Assembly (NCBI GenBank): GCA_022826745.1
Contig: JAJDUI010000008.1
Coordinates: 267,283 to 331,282 of the forward strand
Length of the DNA stretch: 64,000 nt
Direction: 5' to 3'
Source: Thermoanaerobaculia bacterium
Lineage (GTDB): Bacteria > Acidobacteriota > Thermoanaerobaculia > Multivoradales > Multivoraceae
The position numbers and the translations under genes were made by a program. This document shows, piece by piece, positions 41,147-52,315 of the stretch; within the stretch, counting starts at the first letter, position 1, and every line of letters starts with the position of its first letter. The notes beneath the pieces are model-generated. The model was not told where the DNA came from. It did no database searches and was given only the letters and a program-made list of their open reading frames with translations.

Positions 41147-43348
41147 ATGACGACGCCGGCCGGGGACCGCGAGGCGCTATCGGGCGTCGTCGAGCGGGTC
41201 GTCTTCCACAATCCGGACAACGGATTCGCGGTGCTCCGCATACGGGTGCGGGGCAGCTTCCAGTTGACGACGGTGGTGGGACGGCTGCCACTGGTCTCCC
41301 AGGGGGAGACGATCCAGGCGTCCGGCTCGTGGAAGAACGACCCCAACCACGGGGTCCAGTTCCAGGCCGAGCGGCTCGCCGTGTCGCCGCCCGATTCGCT
41401 GGACGGCATCCGCCGCTATCTCGGTTCGGGCAAGGTACAGGGCGTCGGCCCCAAGATGGCGAAGCGCCTCGTCAAGGCGTTCGGCGAGGACGTGTTCGAC
41501 GTCATCGAGAACAAGCCCGAGCGCCTGGTGGACGTTCCCGGCATCGGTCCCAAGCGGGCGAAGAGTCTGAGCGAGGGCTTCAGGGACCAGAAGGCTGTGC
41601 GGGACATCATGGTCTTCCTGCAGACGCACGGTCTCGGCTCGGCGCGGGCGGCCCGGATCTACAAGGCCTACGGCGCCGACGCGGCAACGTTGCTCACGGA
41701 GGATCCTTACCGGTTGGCGCGGGACATCCGCGGCATCGGCTTCAGGATCGCGGACGGCATCGGCGCCAGTCTGGGCAAGGACCGCGAGGGTCTGCCGCGG
41801 GCGCGGGCCGGCCTCGGCTACACGCTGGAGCAGGCGCGAGGCGCCGGACACTGCGGGCTTCCCCGGAACGAGCTCCTCGAGCAGGCGCAGGAACTGCTGA
41901 AGATTCCGGAGGAGATCCTGGTCACCGCACTCTCGGACGAACTGAACGCAGGGCGGCTGGCTGTCACGCGTCTGAACGGTGAAGAGGCCGTCTTCCTGCC
42001 TCCGCTGCTGTCGGCCGAGCGCGCCATCGCGCGCCGGCTGGGGGAGCTGATTCGGGCAGACCCGCCGTCCTGGGCGGATATCGATGCCGCCAAGGCGCTG
42101 GCGTGGGTGGAGCAGCGCCTGGACGTGACGCTCGCGCCGACCCAGCGAGCCGCGGTGGAGACGAGCCTCCGTTCGCGCGTCGCCGTGATTACCGGCGGCC
42201 CGGGGGTTGGCAAGACGACTCTGGTCAACGCTCTGCTCCGGATCCTGAAGGCCCGCAATGTGCGCTGCGCGCTCTGCGCCCCTACGGGTCGCGCGGCCAA
42301 GCGGCTCGGCGAGAGCACCGGCGAGACGGCGAAGACGATCCACCGGCTACTGGAGATCGACCCGTCGAGCGGCGCCTTCCGCCGCGGCCGCCTGCGCCCG
42401 CTCGATTGCGGTCTACTGGTCGTCGACGAATCCTCCATGGTCGACGTCGAGCTGATGGCGGCGCTGCTCCAGGCGCTGCCGGCGGAGGGGTCGCTGCTGC
42501 TCATCGGCGACGCGGACCAGTTGCCCTCGGTGGGCCCGGGACAGGTCCTGCGGGACCTGATCGATTCAGGGGCGATTCCCGTGGCCCGCCTCCAGGAGAT
42601 CTTCCGACAAGCGGACGACAGCCGGATCGTGCGCAACGCGCACCGGGTGAACCGGGGCTACCTGCCGGAGCTGGAGTCCGCGCGGGGCGAACTGAGCGAC
42701 TTCTACTTCGTGCCGGCGGAGGACGCCGAGGACGGCCAGCGCAAGGTGGTGGAGATCGTCGCTGGCCGGATCGGTCGCCGTTTCGGTCTCGATCCGGTCC
42801 GCGACGTCCAGGTCCTGTCGCCGATGAACCGCGGGCCACTGGGCGTACGGACCCTGAACGTCACCCTGCAGGCGGTCCTGAACCCGGCGCCGGAATCAGG
42901 CGCGGTCGGGGTCGAGCGCTTCGGCTGGAAGTACCGGGCCGGCGACAAGGTGATGCAGACCGAGAACGACTACGACAAGGACGTGTTCAACGGCGATCTG
43001 GGCCGCATCCGGTCGATCGACCCGGGTGCCGAGCAGATGACGATCGCCTTCGACGGCCGCCCCGTCGAGTACCGCTTCAGCGACCTGGACCGGCTCATGC
43101 TGGCCTACGCCGTCACCGTCCACAAGTCGCAGGGCTCCGAGTATCCGGCGGTCGTCGTGCCGGTAACGACGCACCACTACGTCATGCTGCGCCGTAACCT
43201 GCTCTACACGGCGATCACCCGCGGCCGGAAGCTCGTCGTCATCGTCGGCCAGAAGTGGGCGCTACAGAAGGCCGTGGAGGAAGCCTCCGACCTGCGCCGC
43301 TACTCGACGCTGCGCGAGCAACTGGCGGCGCTGGCGTCCGGGAGCTAG
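41147..43348 (+). CDS. recD2: RecD2-type ATP-dependent DNA helicase
   Basis: N-terminal HhH region. VITGGPGVGKTT (Walker A), LVVDESSMVD, VHKSQGSEYPAVVV, LLYTAITRGRKLVVIVG. Confidence 0.8.
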   Translation: MTTPAGDREALSGVVERVVFHNPDNGFAVLRIRVRGSFQLTTVVGRLPLVSQGETIQASGSWKNDPNHGVQFQAERLAVSPPDSLDGIRRYLGSGKVQGVGPKMAKRLVKAFGEDVFDVIENKPERLVDVPGIGPKRAKSLSEGFRDQKAVRDIMVFLQTHGLGSARAARIYKAYGADAATLLTEDPYRLARDIRGIGFRIADGIGASLGKDREGLPRARAGLGYTLEQARGAGHCGLPRNELLEQAQELLKIPEEILVTALSDELNAGRLAVTRLNGEEAVFLPPLLSAERAIARRLGELIRADPPSWADIDAAKALAWVEQRLDVTLAPTQRAAVETSLRSRVAVITGGPGVGKTTLVNALLRILKARNVRCALCAPTGRAAKRLGESTGETAKTIHRLLEIDPSSGAFRRGRLRPLDCGLLVVDESSMVDVELMAALLQALPAEGSLLLIGDADQLPSVGPGQVLRDLIDSGAIPVARLQEIFRQADDSRIVRNAHRVNRGYLPELESARGELSDFYFVPAEDAEDGQRKVVEIVAGRIGRRFGLDPVRDVQVLSPMNRGPLGVRTLNVTLQAVLNPAPESGAVGVERFGWKYRAGDKVMQTENDYDKDVFNGDLGRIRSIDPGAEQMTIAFDGRPVEYRFSDLDRLMLAYAVTVHKSQGSEYPAVVVPVTTHHYVMLRRNLLYTAITRGRKLVVIVGQKWALQKAVEEASDLRRYSTLREQLAALASGS

Positions 43349-45042
43349 CCGTCCGCCGCGCGCTCGCGCGGCAGCCGGATCTCGCTGACGAGCTGCTGCA
43401 CCTCTTCCGGCGGCGGCTTCGTGAACCGGCTCACGATCAGTGCCAGGGAGAAGTTGATCAGCATGCCGACGGCGCCGATGCCCTCGGGGCTGATGCCGAA
43501 CAGCCAGTCCTCGGCGGTCGCTTCCGGCCGGATCAGGCGGAAGTAGACGATGTAGGCGCCGGTGAACAGGATGCCGCTGCTCATGCCGGCGATCGCCCCT
43601 TCCTTCGTCGTGCTGCGGGTGAAGATGCCGAGCACCAGGACGGGGAAGAAACTGGAGGCGGCGAGTCCGAAGGCGAACGCGACCACCTGGGCGACGAAGC
43701 CGGGCGGCGAGATGCCGAAGTAGGCGGCGACGATCACCGCGACGGAAGCGGTCACACGCGCGAGCAGGAGCTCCCGGCGTGAACTCATGTCTTTCCACAG
43801 GATCGACTTGCCGATGTCGTGAGAGATGGCCGATGCGATGACGAGCAGGAGGCCGGCGGCGGTCGACAGGGCGGCGGCGAGCCCGCCGGCGGCGACCAGG
43901 GCGACGACCCAGGCCGGCAGCTCGGCGATCTCCGGGTTGGCGAGGACCATGATGTCCTGATCGACGGTCAGCTCGTTGGCCCCATCGGACATGTCGATCA
44001 CGCCGTCGCCGTTCTGGTCGTCGAACGAGATCAGGCCGGTGGTCTCCCAGCTTCTGAACCACTCCGGCACCTCGCTGTAGCTCGTGTTGTGCAGCGTCGA
44101 GATCAGGTTGACGCGGGCGAAGGCGGCGACCGCCGGCGCCGTGGTGTAGAGGAGGCCGATGAAGACGAGCGCCCAGAGAGCGCTCCAGCGAGCCGCGCGG
44201 GCGCTGCGCACGGTGTAGAAACGGACCAGCACGTGGGGAAGCCCGGCGGTGCCGACCATCAGCGCCAGCGCGATCGCCGTGACGTCGATCATGCTCTTCT
44301 TGCCCGGCACGAAGGCGGCCGTGTACTCCGGGAGCCGGAGCTCCCGGTGCAGCGCGTCCAGGGCCTCGAGCAGGAAGACTCCGGCCTGCTGGCCGTCCTG
44401 GACGGTGCCGCCGAAGCCGAACTGCGGAATCGGATTCCCGGTGATCTTCCAGGAGATGGCCGCGGCCGGGATCAGAAAGGCGACGATCAGCACGCAGTAC
44501 TGGGCGACCTGGGTGTAGGTGATTCCCCTCATGCCGCCGAGCACGGCATAGAAGAAGACGATGACCACCCCGATGATCACGCCCCAGTGGACCTCGACCT
44601 CCAGGAAGCGCGAGAAGACGACGCCGACGCCGCGCATCTGGCCGGCGATGTAGGTGAACGAGACGAAGATCGTGCAGCCCGCCGCCACCAGCCGCGCGGC
44701 GTCCGAGTAGTAGCGGTCGCCGACGAACTCGGAAGTCGTGAACTTGCCGTACTTGCGAAGGTAGGGCGCGAGCAGGAGCGCCAGCAGGACGTAACCGCCG
44801 GTCCAGCCCATCAGGTAGATGGTGCCGGTGTAGCCCATGAAGGAGATGAGGCCGGCCATCGAGATGAAGGAGGCGGCGCTCATCCAGTCGGCGCCCGTGG
44901 CCATGCCGTTGGCCACCGCCGGTACGCCGCGGCCCGCGACGTAGAAGCCCGAAGTCGTCCTGACGCGACTCCACCAGGCGATGCCGATGTAGAGCGCGAA
45001 GGTCGCGGTGACGATCAGGTAGGTCCAGGCCTGGACGTTCAT
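43345..45042 (-). CDS. actP: Cation/acetate symporter (SSS family)
   Basis: 565 aa, about 13 TM. Typical ActP blocks. Followed by a DUF4212 partner. Confidence 0.75.
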   Translation of the reverse strand: MNVQAWTYLIVTATFALYIGIAWWSRVRTTSGFYVAGRGVPAVANGMATGADWMSAASFISMAGLISFMGYTGTIYLMGWTGGYVLLALLLAPYLRKYGKFTTSEFVGDRYYSDAARLVAAGCTIFVSFTYIAGQMRGVGVVFSRFLEVEVHWGVIIGVVIVFFYAVLGGMRGITYTQVAQYCVLIVAFLIPAAAISWKITGNPIPQFGFGGTVQDGQQAGVFLLEALDALHRELRLPEYTAAFVPGKKSMIDVTAIALALMVGTAGLPHVLVRFYTVRSARAARWSALWALVFIGLLYTTAPAVAAFARVNLISTLHNTSYSEVPEWFRSWETTGLISFDDQNGDGVIDMSDGANELTVDQDIMVLANPEIAELPAWVVALVAAGGLAAALSTAAGLLLVIASAISHDIGKSILWKDMSSRRELLLARVTASVAVIVAAYFGISPPGFVAQVVAFAFGLAASSFFPVLVLGIFTRSTTKEGAIAGMSSGILFTGAYIVYFRLIRPEATAEDWLFGISPEGIGAVGMLINFSLALIVSRFTKPPPEEVQQLVSEIRLPRERAADG

Positions 45043-45081
45043 CGCGGGAGTCGGGAGTCAGAGTCGGGCGTCGGTGCCTGT

Positions 45082-45336
45082 TCAGCCGACTCCGTAGCGG
45101 CGGTCCAGGCGGTCCATCACGGCGGCGTAGACGAGGATCAGGACGACGAAGACGTAGATCGACCCCTGGTGAGCGAACCAGAACCCGAGCGGGAAGCCGC
45201 CGACACGGGCTTCGTTCAGCGGCTCGACGAGGAAGATGCCGAGGACGTAGGAGCAGACGAACCAGATGGAGAGCAGGATCGCCATCAACCGCAGGTTTGC
45301 CCGCCAGTAGGCCGAAGGGTCGGGTTGTTCGCTCAA
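45082..45336 (-). CDS. DUF4212 small membrane protein (solute:sodium symporter small subunit, YjcH-like)
   Basis: AYWRANLRLMAILLSIWFV...GGFPLGFWFAHQGSIYVFVVLI. TTG start with AGGTG upstream. Confidence 0.6.
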   Translation of the reverse strand: MSEQPDPSAYWRANLRLMAILLSIWFVCSYVLGIFLVEPLNEARVGGFPLGFWFAHQGSIYVFVVLILVYAAVMDRLDRRYGVG

Positions 45337-45369
45337 GAGCCGGCATAGTACACCTAGACTGGAACCGAC

Positions 45370-46314
45370 ATGACCGACCGCACCACCGGGGCCTTTCTCC
45401 ATGCCGTTTCCTGGCTGATCCGCTTGCTGCCGGCGGCGTGGTTCGGGCCCGCCTCCGGACTCCTCGCGCATCTGCGGGGCGTGACGCCGCGTGACGTCCG
45501 GCTGATGCGGCAAAACCTGGCCGTCGTGCTGGGGCTGCCACCGGGGTCGCCCGAGGCACGGGACCTGGAATGGAGCTGCGTGCAGCACCAGATCGTCACG
45601 GCGCTGGAGACGGTGCGGATCAGCTTCGACCGGAAACGGCTCGACGTCGCGTCGATGGACGGCTTCGACGAGTTGCGGGAACTGATGGCCGAAGTCGAGG
45701 AGCACGGCCGCGGTCAGGTCCTGGTCACCGGTCACCTGGGCGCCTGGGAACTGCTGGCCCAGAGCACCGTGCGGGCCTCCTCGTCGCCGGTCTGCGCGGT
45801 GGCCAAACCATCGCGCGCCAGGGCGGCGTCCGCGTTCGTCGAGCGGATGCGCGCCCGGGCCGGGGTCCGGGTGATCTGGAGCGGCCGAACCTCCCTCCTG
45901 CGGGACATGCTGAGCTGCCTCAAGCGGCGGGAGACCCTGATCATGGTCGTCGACCAGCGGCCCGACCAGAGGCGCGGCCCGGAGGTGGACTTTCTGGGCC
46001 GCCGCACCGTGTTCGTTGGTGGTCCGGCGGCGCTGGCGGCGAAGCGCGACTGCCCGCTGATCGCCGCCTTCTGTATCCGCGAAGGGCCCTTCAGCTACCG
46101 CCTGGAGAGCGAGATGTTGCGCCGGCCCGGCGGCTCGCGCGATCCGGTGGAGTTGTCGCAGAGAATCGCGGCTGCGATCGAACGGAAAGTACGGGTGCAG
46201 CCGGAGCAGTGGATGTGGAACTACCGGCGCTGGAACTACGATGCGGAGGAACTGGCCGCCGTGGGCCTGGGGCGTACCGATTCCGGGGCAAGCGGTATGA
46301 GGAACTCATCATGA
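45370..46314 (+). CDS. Lipid A biosynthesis lauroyl/myristoyl acyltransferase-family protein (LpxL/HtrB-like LPLAT)
   Basis: TGHLGAWE (H-x4-E/D acyltransferase motif). 314 aa. Confidence 0.65.
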   Translation: MTDRTTGAFLHAVSWLIRLLPAAWFGPASGLLAHLRGVTPRDVRLMRQNLAVVLGLPPGSPEARDLEWSCVQHQIVTALETVRISFDRKRLDVASMDGFDELRELMAEVEEHGRGQVLVTGHLGAWELLAQSTVRASSSPVCAVAKPSRARAASAFVERMRARAGVRVIWSGRTSLLRDMLSCLKRRETLIMVVDQRPDQRRGPEVDFLGRRTVFVGGPAALAAKRDCPLIAAFCIREGPFSYRLESEMLRRPGGSRDPVELSQRIAAAIERKVRVQPEQWMWNYRRWNYDAEELAAVGLGRTDSGASGMRNSS

Positions 46315-47870
46315 CGACGAATCAACGAAGACGGATGACGGCACCGAGTGCCCGAGCGCTCCTGGCCGCGGCTTGCATGGCGACGCTGCTGGCCGCGGCG
46401 CCGGCCCGGGCCGCCGAGCGGCCGAACATCGTCTTCATCCTGATCGACGACCAGCGCTTCGACGCCGCCTCGGCGCTCGGCCACCCGTTCCTCGAGACGC
46501 CTCACCTCGACCGGCTGATCGCGCGGGGCGTGCTGTTCGAGAACGCCTTCGTGACCACTTCCCTGTGCTCGCCGAGCCGCGCCTCGATCCTCACCGGTCA
46601 GTACGCCCACCGGCACGGCGTCCTGGACAACCGGACGCGGCTGGATCCGGAGACGCCGACCTTCCCGCAGGAACTCCAGCGCGCGGGCTACCGGACCGCC
46701 TTCGTCGGCAAGTGGCACATGGGCGGCACGTCCGACGCCCCCCGGCCCGGATTCGACCGCTGGGTCTCGTTCCCGGGCCAGGGCCTCTATTACAACCAGA
46801 CCTTCAACGTCGACGGCGAACGGGTACCGCGGCAGGGGTACACCACGGACCTGATCACGGACTACGCGCTGGATTTCCTGGCCAGCGCCGAAGGGGAGGA
46901 GGCGCCGTTCCTGCTCTACGTGTCGCACAAGGCGGTGCATGCGTCGTTCAGGCCCGCGGAACGGCATCTCGGCAGCTATGCCGGGCAGCGGTATCCGCCG
47001 CCCGTGACGATGCCGAACCGGCACGAGAACTACGACGGCAAGCCGAACTGGGTCGAGGCGCAGCGGCGGAGCTGGCACGGCGTCGACGGCTTGTACGACA
47101 ACTCGGTCGACTTCCAGCAGTTCGCCGTGGACTACGCGGAGACGATGCGCGGCGTGGACGACAGCGTGGGCCGGATCGTCGAGGCACTGGAAGAGCAGGG
47201 CCTGCTGGAAGAGACCCTGCTCGTGTTCACGTCGGACAACGGCTTTCAGTTCGGCGAGCACGGTCTGATCGACAAGCGGACGATGTACGAGGCGTCGATC
47301 CGGGTGCCGCTGATCGTGATGGCGCCCTGGCTCGACGGCGGCGCCGGGGGCCTCAGGCGTCCCGAGATGATCGTAAACCTCGACTTCGCCCCCACCTTCC
47401 TCGAGGCCGCGCGGCTGGACGTTCCGGAAACGGTCCAGGGCCGGTCCTTCTTTGGCCTGCTCGAGGCCGGTCCCGGCGCCGAGCGGCCGCCGTGGCGCGA
47501 CGCCTTCCTCTACGAGTACTTCTGGGAGCGGACCTTCCCCCAGACGCCCACCGTGCTGGGGGTTCGCACCGATCGCTACAAGTTCATGCGCTTCCACGGC
47601 GTCTGGGATCGCTACGAGCTCTACGACGTGCAGGCCGACCCGGAGGAGCGAGACAATCTCCTGGGCGGCTTCATCACCCGTCACGGCGCCGGCAACGTCG
47701 AGACCCGGCTTCGGGTGGCGGCCGCGAACGCCGCCCGAAACCCCCGCGACGACTGGGCCCGCGACGTGCTGGAACTCAAGGCGCTCTTCGACCGGCTCTC
47801 GGCCCGGCTCGACGAACTCCTCGACGAAACCGGGGCGCTCAGAGAGCCGAGCTGGCTGCCGTCCCGCTAG
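46311..47870 (+). CDS. Secreted type I (Cys/formylglycine) sulfatase
   Basis: [13 protein letters not shown] sulfatase signature. Signal peptide. ATGA overlap with the acyltransferase. Confidence 0.85.
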   Translation: MTTNQRRRMTAPSARALLAAACMATLLAAAPARAAERPNIVFILIDDQRFDAASALGHPFLETPHLDRLIARGVLFENAFVTTSLCSPSRASILTGQYAHRHGVLDNRTRLDPETPTFPQELQRAGYRTAFVGKWHMGGTSDAPRPGFDRWVSFPGQGLYYNQTFNVDGERVPRQGYTTDLITDYALDFLASAEGEEAPFLLYVSHKAVHASFRPAERHLGSYAGQRYPPPVTMPNRHENYDGKPNWVEAQRRSWHGVDGLYDNSVDFQQFAVDYAETMRGVDDSVGRIVEALEEQGLLEETLLVFTSDNGFQFGEHGLIDKRTMYEASIRVPLIVMAPWLDGGAGGLRRPEMIVNLDFAPTFLEAARLDVPETVQGRSFFGLLEAGPGAERPPWRDAFLYEYFWERTFPQTPTVLGVRTDRYKFMRFHGVWDRYELYDVQADPEERDNLLGGFITRHGAGNVETRLRVAAANAARNPRDDWARDVLELKALFDRLSARLDELLDETGALREPSWLPSR

Positions 47871-48828
47871 AGCTTGCGCAGCCGGATCCGCCGCACTGCG
47901 TGGTCCGGCGCCTTTTCCAGGATCAGATCCGCGCGCTCGCGGGTCGGCAGGATGTTCTGGACCAGGTTCGGTTCGTTGATCGTCTTCCAGATGCCGCGGG
48001 CGGTGTCGATCGCGTCCCTCTCGCTCAGGCTGGCGTAGCGGTGGAAGTAGGCGTCTGGATCGCGGAACGCGGTGTCGCGGAAGGTCAGGAAGCGCTCGAC
48101 GTACCAGCGCTCGATCACCTCGGTTTCGGCATCGACGTAGATCGAGAAGTCGAAGAGGTCGGAGAGCATGACCCGGCTGTTCCGTGACGGCGACTGCGAG
48201 CGGGCCTGCAGCACGTTCAGGCCCTCGAGGATCAGAATGTCGGGCTGGTCGACGACCTCGGTGACGCCGGGCCGGATGTCGTACGAATGGTGCGAGTACA
48301 CCGGATGCTCGACCTTCCGCTCGCCCGACTTGACCTGGAGCACGAAGTTCACCAGCGTGCGCAGGTCGAAGCTCTCCGGGAAGCCCTTGCGCTCCATCAG
48401 GTCGCGCTCTTCCAGCACCGCGTTGGGATGGAGGAAGCCGTCGGTCGTCACCAGATCGACCTGGGGATGGTTCGGCCAGCGGGCAAGCAACTCGCGGAGG
48501 ATACGTCCGGTCGTGCTCTTGCCTACCGCGACGCTGCCGCCGATCCCGATGATGTAGGGCACCTTGGCCGTCAGGCCCCCCAGAAACGTGCTGCTGGCCC
48601 GGTAGAGATCCTGGGTGGCGCCGACGTAGAGATTGAGCAGCCTCGACATCGGCAGGTAGATCTGCGCGACTTCCTCGAGCGAGACCTGCTCGTTGATGCC
48701 GCGCAGGCGCTCCAGTTCCTCCTCGGAGAGCGGCAGGGGCGTCTCGGCCCGCAACCGTCCCCACGCCTCCTCGTCGAAGGGGACGTAGATCGAATCGGTG
48801 AGGCTGTCGACCCTGTGGTTGGTCAAGA
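47867..48828 (-). CDS. coaA: Type I pantothenate kinase
   Basis: [46 protein letters not shown] are near-identical to the E. coli CoaA blocks. TTG 48828 with GGGAG SD. The track ATG 48907 would overlap the prx gene. Confidence 0.85.
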
Positions 48829-48857
48829 GACTCCCAGGCTGAGGACTGCCGGGCGAC

Positions 48858-49343
48858 TCAGCCGAGCTGTTCGATGACCGCTTCGGCGCCGCTGACGCCG
48901 ACTTCACCGGCGGGCTCGACGCCGAGGTAGGTCACCACGCCGTCGTCGACGATCGCGGCGTAGCGCTTCGACCTGGTGCCCATGCCGAAGCGCGAAGCGT
49001 CGAGTTCGAGCCCGATCTTCGATGTGAACTCGCCATTGCCGTCGGACAGCAGGACGATGTCGTCGGGGATGCTCCGCGCCTTGCGCCACTCGTTGATGAC
49101 GAAGACGTCGTTGACGGCGAGGCAGGCCACGGTGTCGACGTTGCCCGACTTGATCGCCGCGAGGTTCTCGATGAAACCCGGCATGTGGACCTCCGAGCAG
49201 GTCGGGGTCATCGCGCCGGGCACCGCGAAGAGGACGACCTTCTTGCCCTCGAACAGCTCGCGGGTCGAAACGTCGACGATGCCGCTCTGGGTCATCTGCT
49301 TGAAACTGGCTTCCGGGATCGGGTCCCCGGTCTTGATGCTCAT
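48858..49343 (-). CDS. Peroxiredoxin (Prx5/PrxD-like, AhpC/TSA superfamily)
   Basis: [12 protein letters not shown] peroxidatic Cys motif. Confidence 0.8.
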   Translation of the reverse strand: MSIKTGDPIPEASFKQMTQSGIVDVSTRELFEGKKVVLFAVPGAMTPTCSEVHMPGFIENLAAIKSGNVDTVACLAVNDVFVINEWRKARSIPDDIVLLSDGNGEFTSKIGLELDASRFGMGTRSKRYAAIVDDGVVTYLGVEPAGEVGVSGAEAVIEQLG

Positions 49344-49399
49344 GGATTGCTCTCTCGTGTTCTTGGTCCTGGGGGGGCGGCAGTATAGCTTCGATCCCG

Positions 49400-50461
49400 A
49401 TGCTCGCTACGACCGCGGCGAACGGCGTTCGCAAGGTGCTCGGCCTGGCGGTCGCCACGGCGATCCTGGCCGGCGCCTGTGCGCGTCCTTCCGGCAGCGG
49501 CGCCGAAGCGGAGGGCGGCACGCCGCTGGACCTGACGGGCGATCATGCGCACTACCTGCGGAGCGTTGAGGGCGCCCGGCTCGAACTGGTTGAGCCCGGC
49601 ACGGACGGCGCCTGGCGGGAGATTCGAGGCGGTGGGAGGGTGGTGAGGTTGACGGCGCCGCCCGAGCGGATCGCTTCGCGGACGCTGGCGACCGACGAGA
49701 TCCTGCTGGAGATCGCGGAACCGGAGCGGATCGTGCTCCTTTCGCCGTTCGCCGGCGATCCGCAGTTCAGCGCCAGCGCGGACCGGGCCAGGCGTCTTGG
49801 GCGGGTCGGCGGCTTCAGCACGGAGGAGATCCTGGCGGCCTCCCCCGATCTGGTGTTCGCCGCGAGTTTCAACACGCAGGAAACTCTCGCTCAACTGGAG
49901 GCCGCGGGCGTACCGGTCGTCGTCCTGCTCGATCACGAGAGCCTTGCGGCGATCGCGGAGAACATCCGCGTCGCCGGTTTCGCGATCGGCCGCGACCGCG
50001 AGGCGGAGCGGCTCGTCGAGTCGATGCAGTTGCGGCTTGCCGAGACCCGGGCGCGGGCCGCGTCGCGGGTCGCCGGCCTGCGGATCGTCCACTGGAGCGG
50101 GGGCGTCGTGCTGGGCAGCCGGACCGTCTTCGACGACGCTGTTCGCTACCTCGGCGCGGTGAATCTGGCGGCCGAAAACGGTCTCGAAGGCTGGCCCCGG
50201 ATCAGTGCCGAGCAGGTCGTGATCTGGAACCCGGACGTCATCTTCACGGATTCCTACGGGGCCAACGACGCCGGCGAGGGCACGCTGGCCGGTACGCGGG
50301 CGGCGCGGCTCGGCAATCTGGAGTCGCTCGACGGACGGGATATGGCGGCGATCTCGCATCACGTTGCCGGCATGGTCGACCGGCTCGCGGACGCACTCGT
50401 GCGGGCGTCGGAGCGGATCGAGGCCGCGGGCACCGGGAAGCCCGTGGCTGCGGCGGAATGA
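49400..50461 (+). CDS. ABC transporter periplasmic substrate-binding lipoprotein (FecB/BtuF-like, iron-siderophore/cobalamin class)
   Basis: Lipobox ILAGACA. Class III SBP pattern. Confidence 0.7.
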   Translation: MLATTAANGVRKVLGLAVATAILAGACARPSGSGAEAEGGTPLDLTGDHAHYLRSVEGARLELVEPGTDGAWREIRGGGRVVRLTAPPERIASRTLATDEILLEIAEPERIVLLSPFAGDPQFSASADRARRLGRVGGFSTEEILAASPDLVFAASFNTQETLAQLEAAGVPVVVLLDHESLAAIAENIRVAGFAIGRDREAERLVESMQLRLAETRARAASRVAGLRIVHWSGGVVLGSRTVFDDAVRYLGAVNLAAENGLEGWPRISAEQVVIWNPDVIFTDSYGANDAGEGTLAGTRAARLGNLESLDGRDMAAISHHVAGMVDRLADALVRASERIEAAGTGKPVAAAE

Positions 50462-51513
50462 GGATCGCCTTCGGCGGGAATCAGGCCGGGTTCTGGTGGT
50501 ACATGGCCGCCGGCGCGGTGCTGCTCCTGGCGTTCGCCGGCATCGGCCTGTTCCGGGGTGCTGTGCCTATCGACGAAGGCGACGTGCTGGCGGTCCTTGC
50601 GCGCCACCTGCTTCCCGGCGAGAGGGCCGCCGACCCGAGCGTGGACACGATCGTCTGGTCGCTTCGGGCGCCCAGGGTGGTCGTGGCGGCGATGGTCGGC
50701 GGCTGTCTGGCCCTGGCCGGCGCCCAGATGCAGGGGCTCTTCCGCAATCCCCTGGCGTCACCCGGGATCGTCGGCACGAGCACCGGCGCCGCCGCCGGCG
50801 CGGTCTTCGCCCTGACCTTCGGGTTGGCCGGCACCTTCCTGCTCGCCGCCCCGCTGTTCGCGGTCGCGGGCGCGCTGCTTTCGCTTCTGATCGTCACCCG
50901 GATTGCGACCCGTGACGGATACACGCCGGTTACCACCCTGCTGCTGGCCGGCGTCGCCCTGAACGCGCTGCTGGCGGCCTTCAATTCGTGGCTCATCGCC
51001 CGTTCCTGGGAGCAGTACGAGGCTGCCCGCCGCATCGCCTACTGGATGATGGGCGGCGTCACCGACCGCGGCTGGGTCCATGTCGGGATGGTGCTGCCGG
51101 GGATGGTGATCGGCTGCGCGATAGCGGTCTGGTTCGCGCGCGACCTGGACCTGCTGCTCGAGGGCGAGGAAGTAGCCGCCTCGCTCGGTGTCGATATCGA
51201 GAAGACGAAGCGGGCCGTGCTCTGGAGCGCCGCCATCCTCACCGGCAGCGCGGTCGCGGTCAGCGGCGTGGTCGGTTTCGTGGGTCTCGTCGTACCGCAC
51301 CTCGTGCGCCTCCTGCTGGGCCCGGTGCACCGCCGCCTGCTGCCGGCGGCTTTCCTGACCGGAGCCTGGTTCGTCGTCGGCGCCGATCTCCTGGCCCGGA
51401 CCCTGGTGGCGCCGGAAGAGGTCTTCCTGGGAGTGGTCACCGCCTTCGTCGGCGCCCCGTTCTTCCTGTTCCTGCTGGTTCGCCACGAGAGTGAAGTGGC
51501 GGTGTCCCGATGA
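50458..51513 (+). CDS. FecCD-family ABC permease
   Basis: ATGA overlap. About 9 TM. FecCD blocks. Confidence 0.8.
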   Translation: MRIAFGGNQAGFWWYMAAGAVLLLAFAGIGLFRGAVPIDEGDVLAVLARHLLPGERAADPSVDTIVWSLRAPRVVVAAMVGGCLALAGAQMQGLFRNPLASPGIVGTSTGAAAGAVFALTFGLAGTFLLAAPLFAVAGALLSLLIVTRIATRDGYTPVTTLLLAGVALNALLAAFNSWLIARSWEQYEAARRIAYWMMGGVTDRGWVHVGMVLPGMVIGCAIAVWFARDLDLLLEGEEVAASLGVDIEKTKRAVLWSAAILTGSAVAVSGVVGFVGLVVPHLVRLLLGPVHRRLLPAAFLTGAWFVVGADLLARTLVAPEEVFLGVVTAFVGAPFFLFLLVRHESEVAVSR

Positions 51514-52313
51514 TGGAGACGAGGGGTTCCGCGCGCCGGGCGCCGCGGCTCGAGCTCGTCGACGGCGGCGTCGAGCGTCGGGGACGGTGGCTGCTGCGCG
51601 ACGTCGACCTCGTCATCGAGCCGGCCATGCTGACCTCCGTCGTGGGGCCGAACGGCGCCGGCAAGTCGACCCTGCTGCGGCTCCTGAGCGGTACCTGGCG
51701 CCTGACGGAAGGCAAGGCCCTGCTGGGAGGCTTCGACCTGTCGGCGTTGCCGCGCCGCCAGGCGGCCCGGCGGGTGGCCTACGTGCCGCAGACGGTCCGC
51801 CCGACCTTCGAGTTCACGGTGCGGGAGTTCGTCACCCTGGGCCGCTACCCGCACGAGAGCCGCTTGTTCGGCACCCGTTCCGCCGACCGCGGATGGATCG
51901 ACCGCTGCCTGGACGACACGGACGTTCTGGCGCTCGCCGAACGACGGGTGACGACGTTGTCGGGAGGCGAGTTACAGCGCGTGTTGATGGCGCGCTGTCT
52001 GGCCACCGAGGCGGAGGTTCTGCTGCTCGACGAGCCGACCTCGAACCTCGATCTCGCCCACGGTCTCGACCTGCTGGGGCTGGCGCGCCGCCTCGCCTGT
52101 GAGGGTCGCTCCGTCGTCCTGGTGTTGCACGATCTGAACGCGGCCGCCCGTTTCGCCGACCGGGTGGCGGTGCTCGACGGCGGCGCCTTGATCGCCGAGG
52201 GCCCGCCGGCGGAAGTGCTGAACCCGGACCTGCTGCGCCGCGTGTTCCGGGTCGAGGCGGTGCCGCTCGAAGGATCCACGGCGCCCGTGTTCGACTTCGA
52301 ACCGTTGCGGTAG
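51510..52313 (+). CDS. ABC transporter ATP-binding protein (FecE/BtuD-like)
   Basis: GPNGAGKSTLL, LSGGELQRV, LLLDEPTSNLD. Confidence 0.85.
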   Translation: MMETRGSARRAPRLELVDGGVERRGRWLLRDVDLVIEPAMLTSVVGPNGAGKSTLLRLLSGTWRLTEGKALLGGFDLSALPRRQAARRVAYVPQTVRPTFEFTVREFVTLGRYPHESRLFGTRSADRGWIDRCLDDTDVLALAERRVTTLSGGELQRVLMARCLATEAEVLLLDEPTSNLDLAHGLDLLGLARRLACEGRSVVLVLHDLNAAARFADRVAVLDGGALIAEGPPAEVLNPDLLRRVFRVEAVPLEGSTAPVFDFEPLR

Positions 52314-52315
52314 GG

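Noticed and set aside
43345-43348. CTAG tetranucleotides at convergent gene ends (43345-43348, 47867-47870) as possible signals
   Set aside because: They are simply two overlapping TAG stops on opposite strands. This is a consequence of genome compaction, not a motif.
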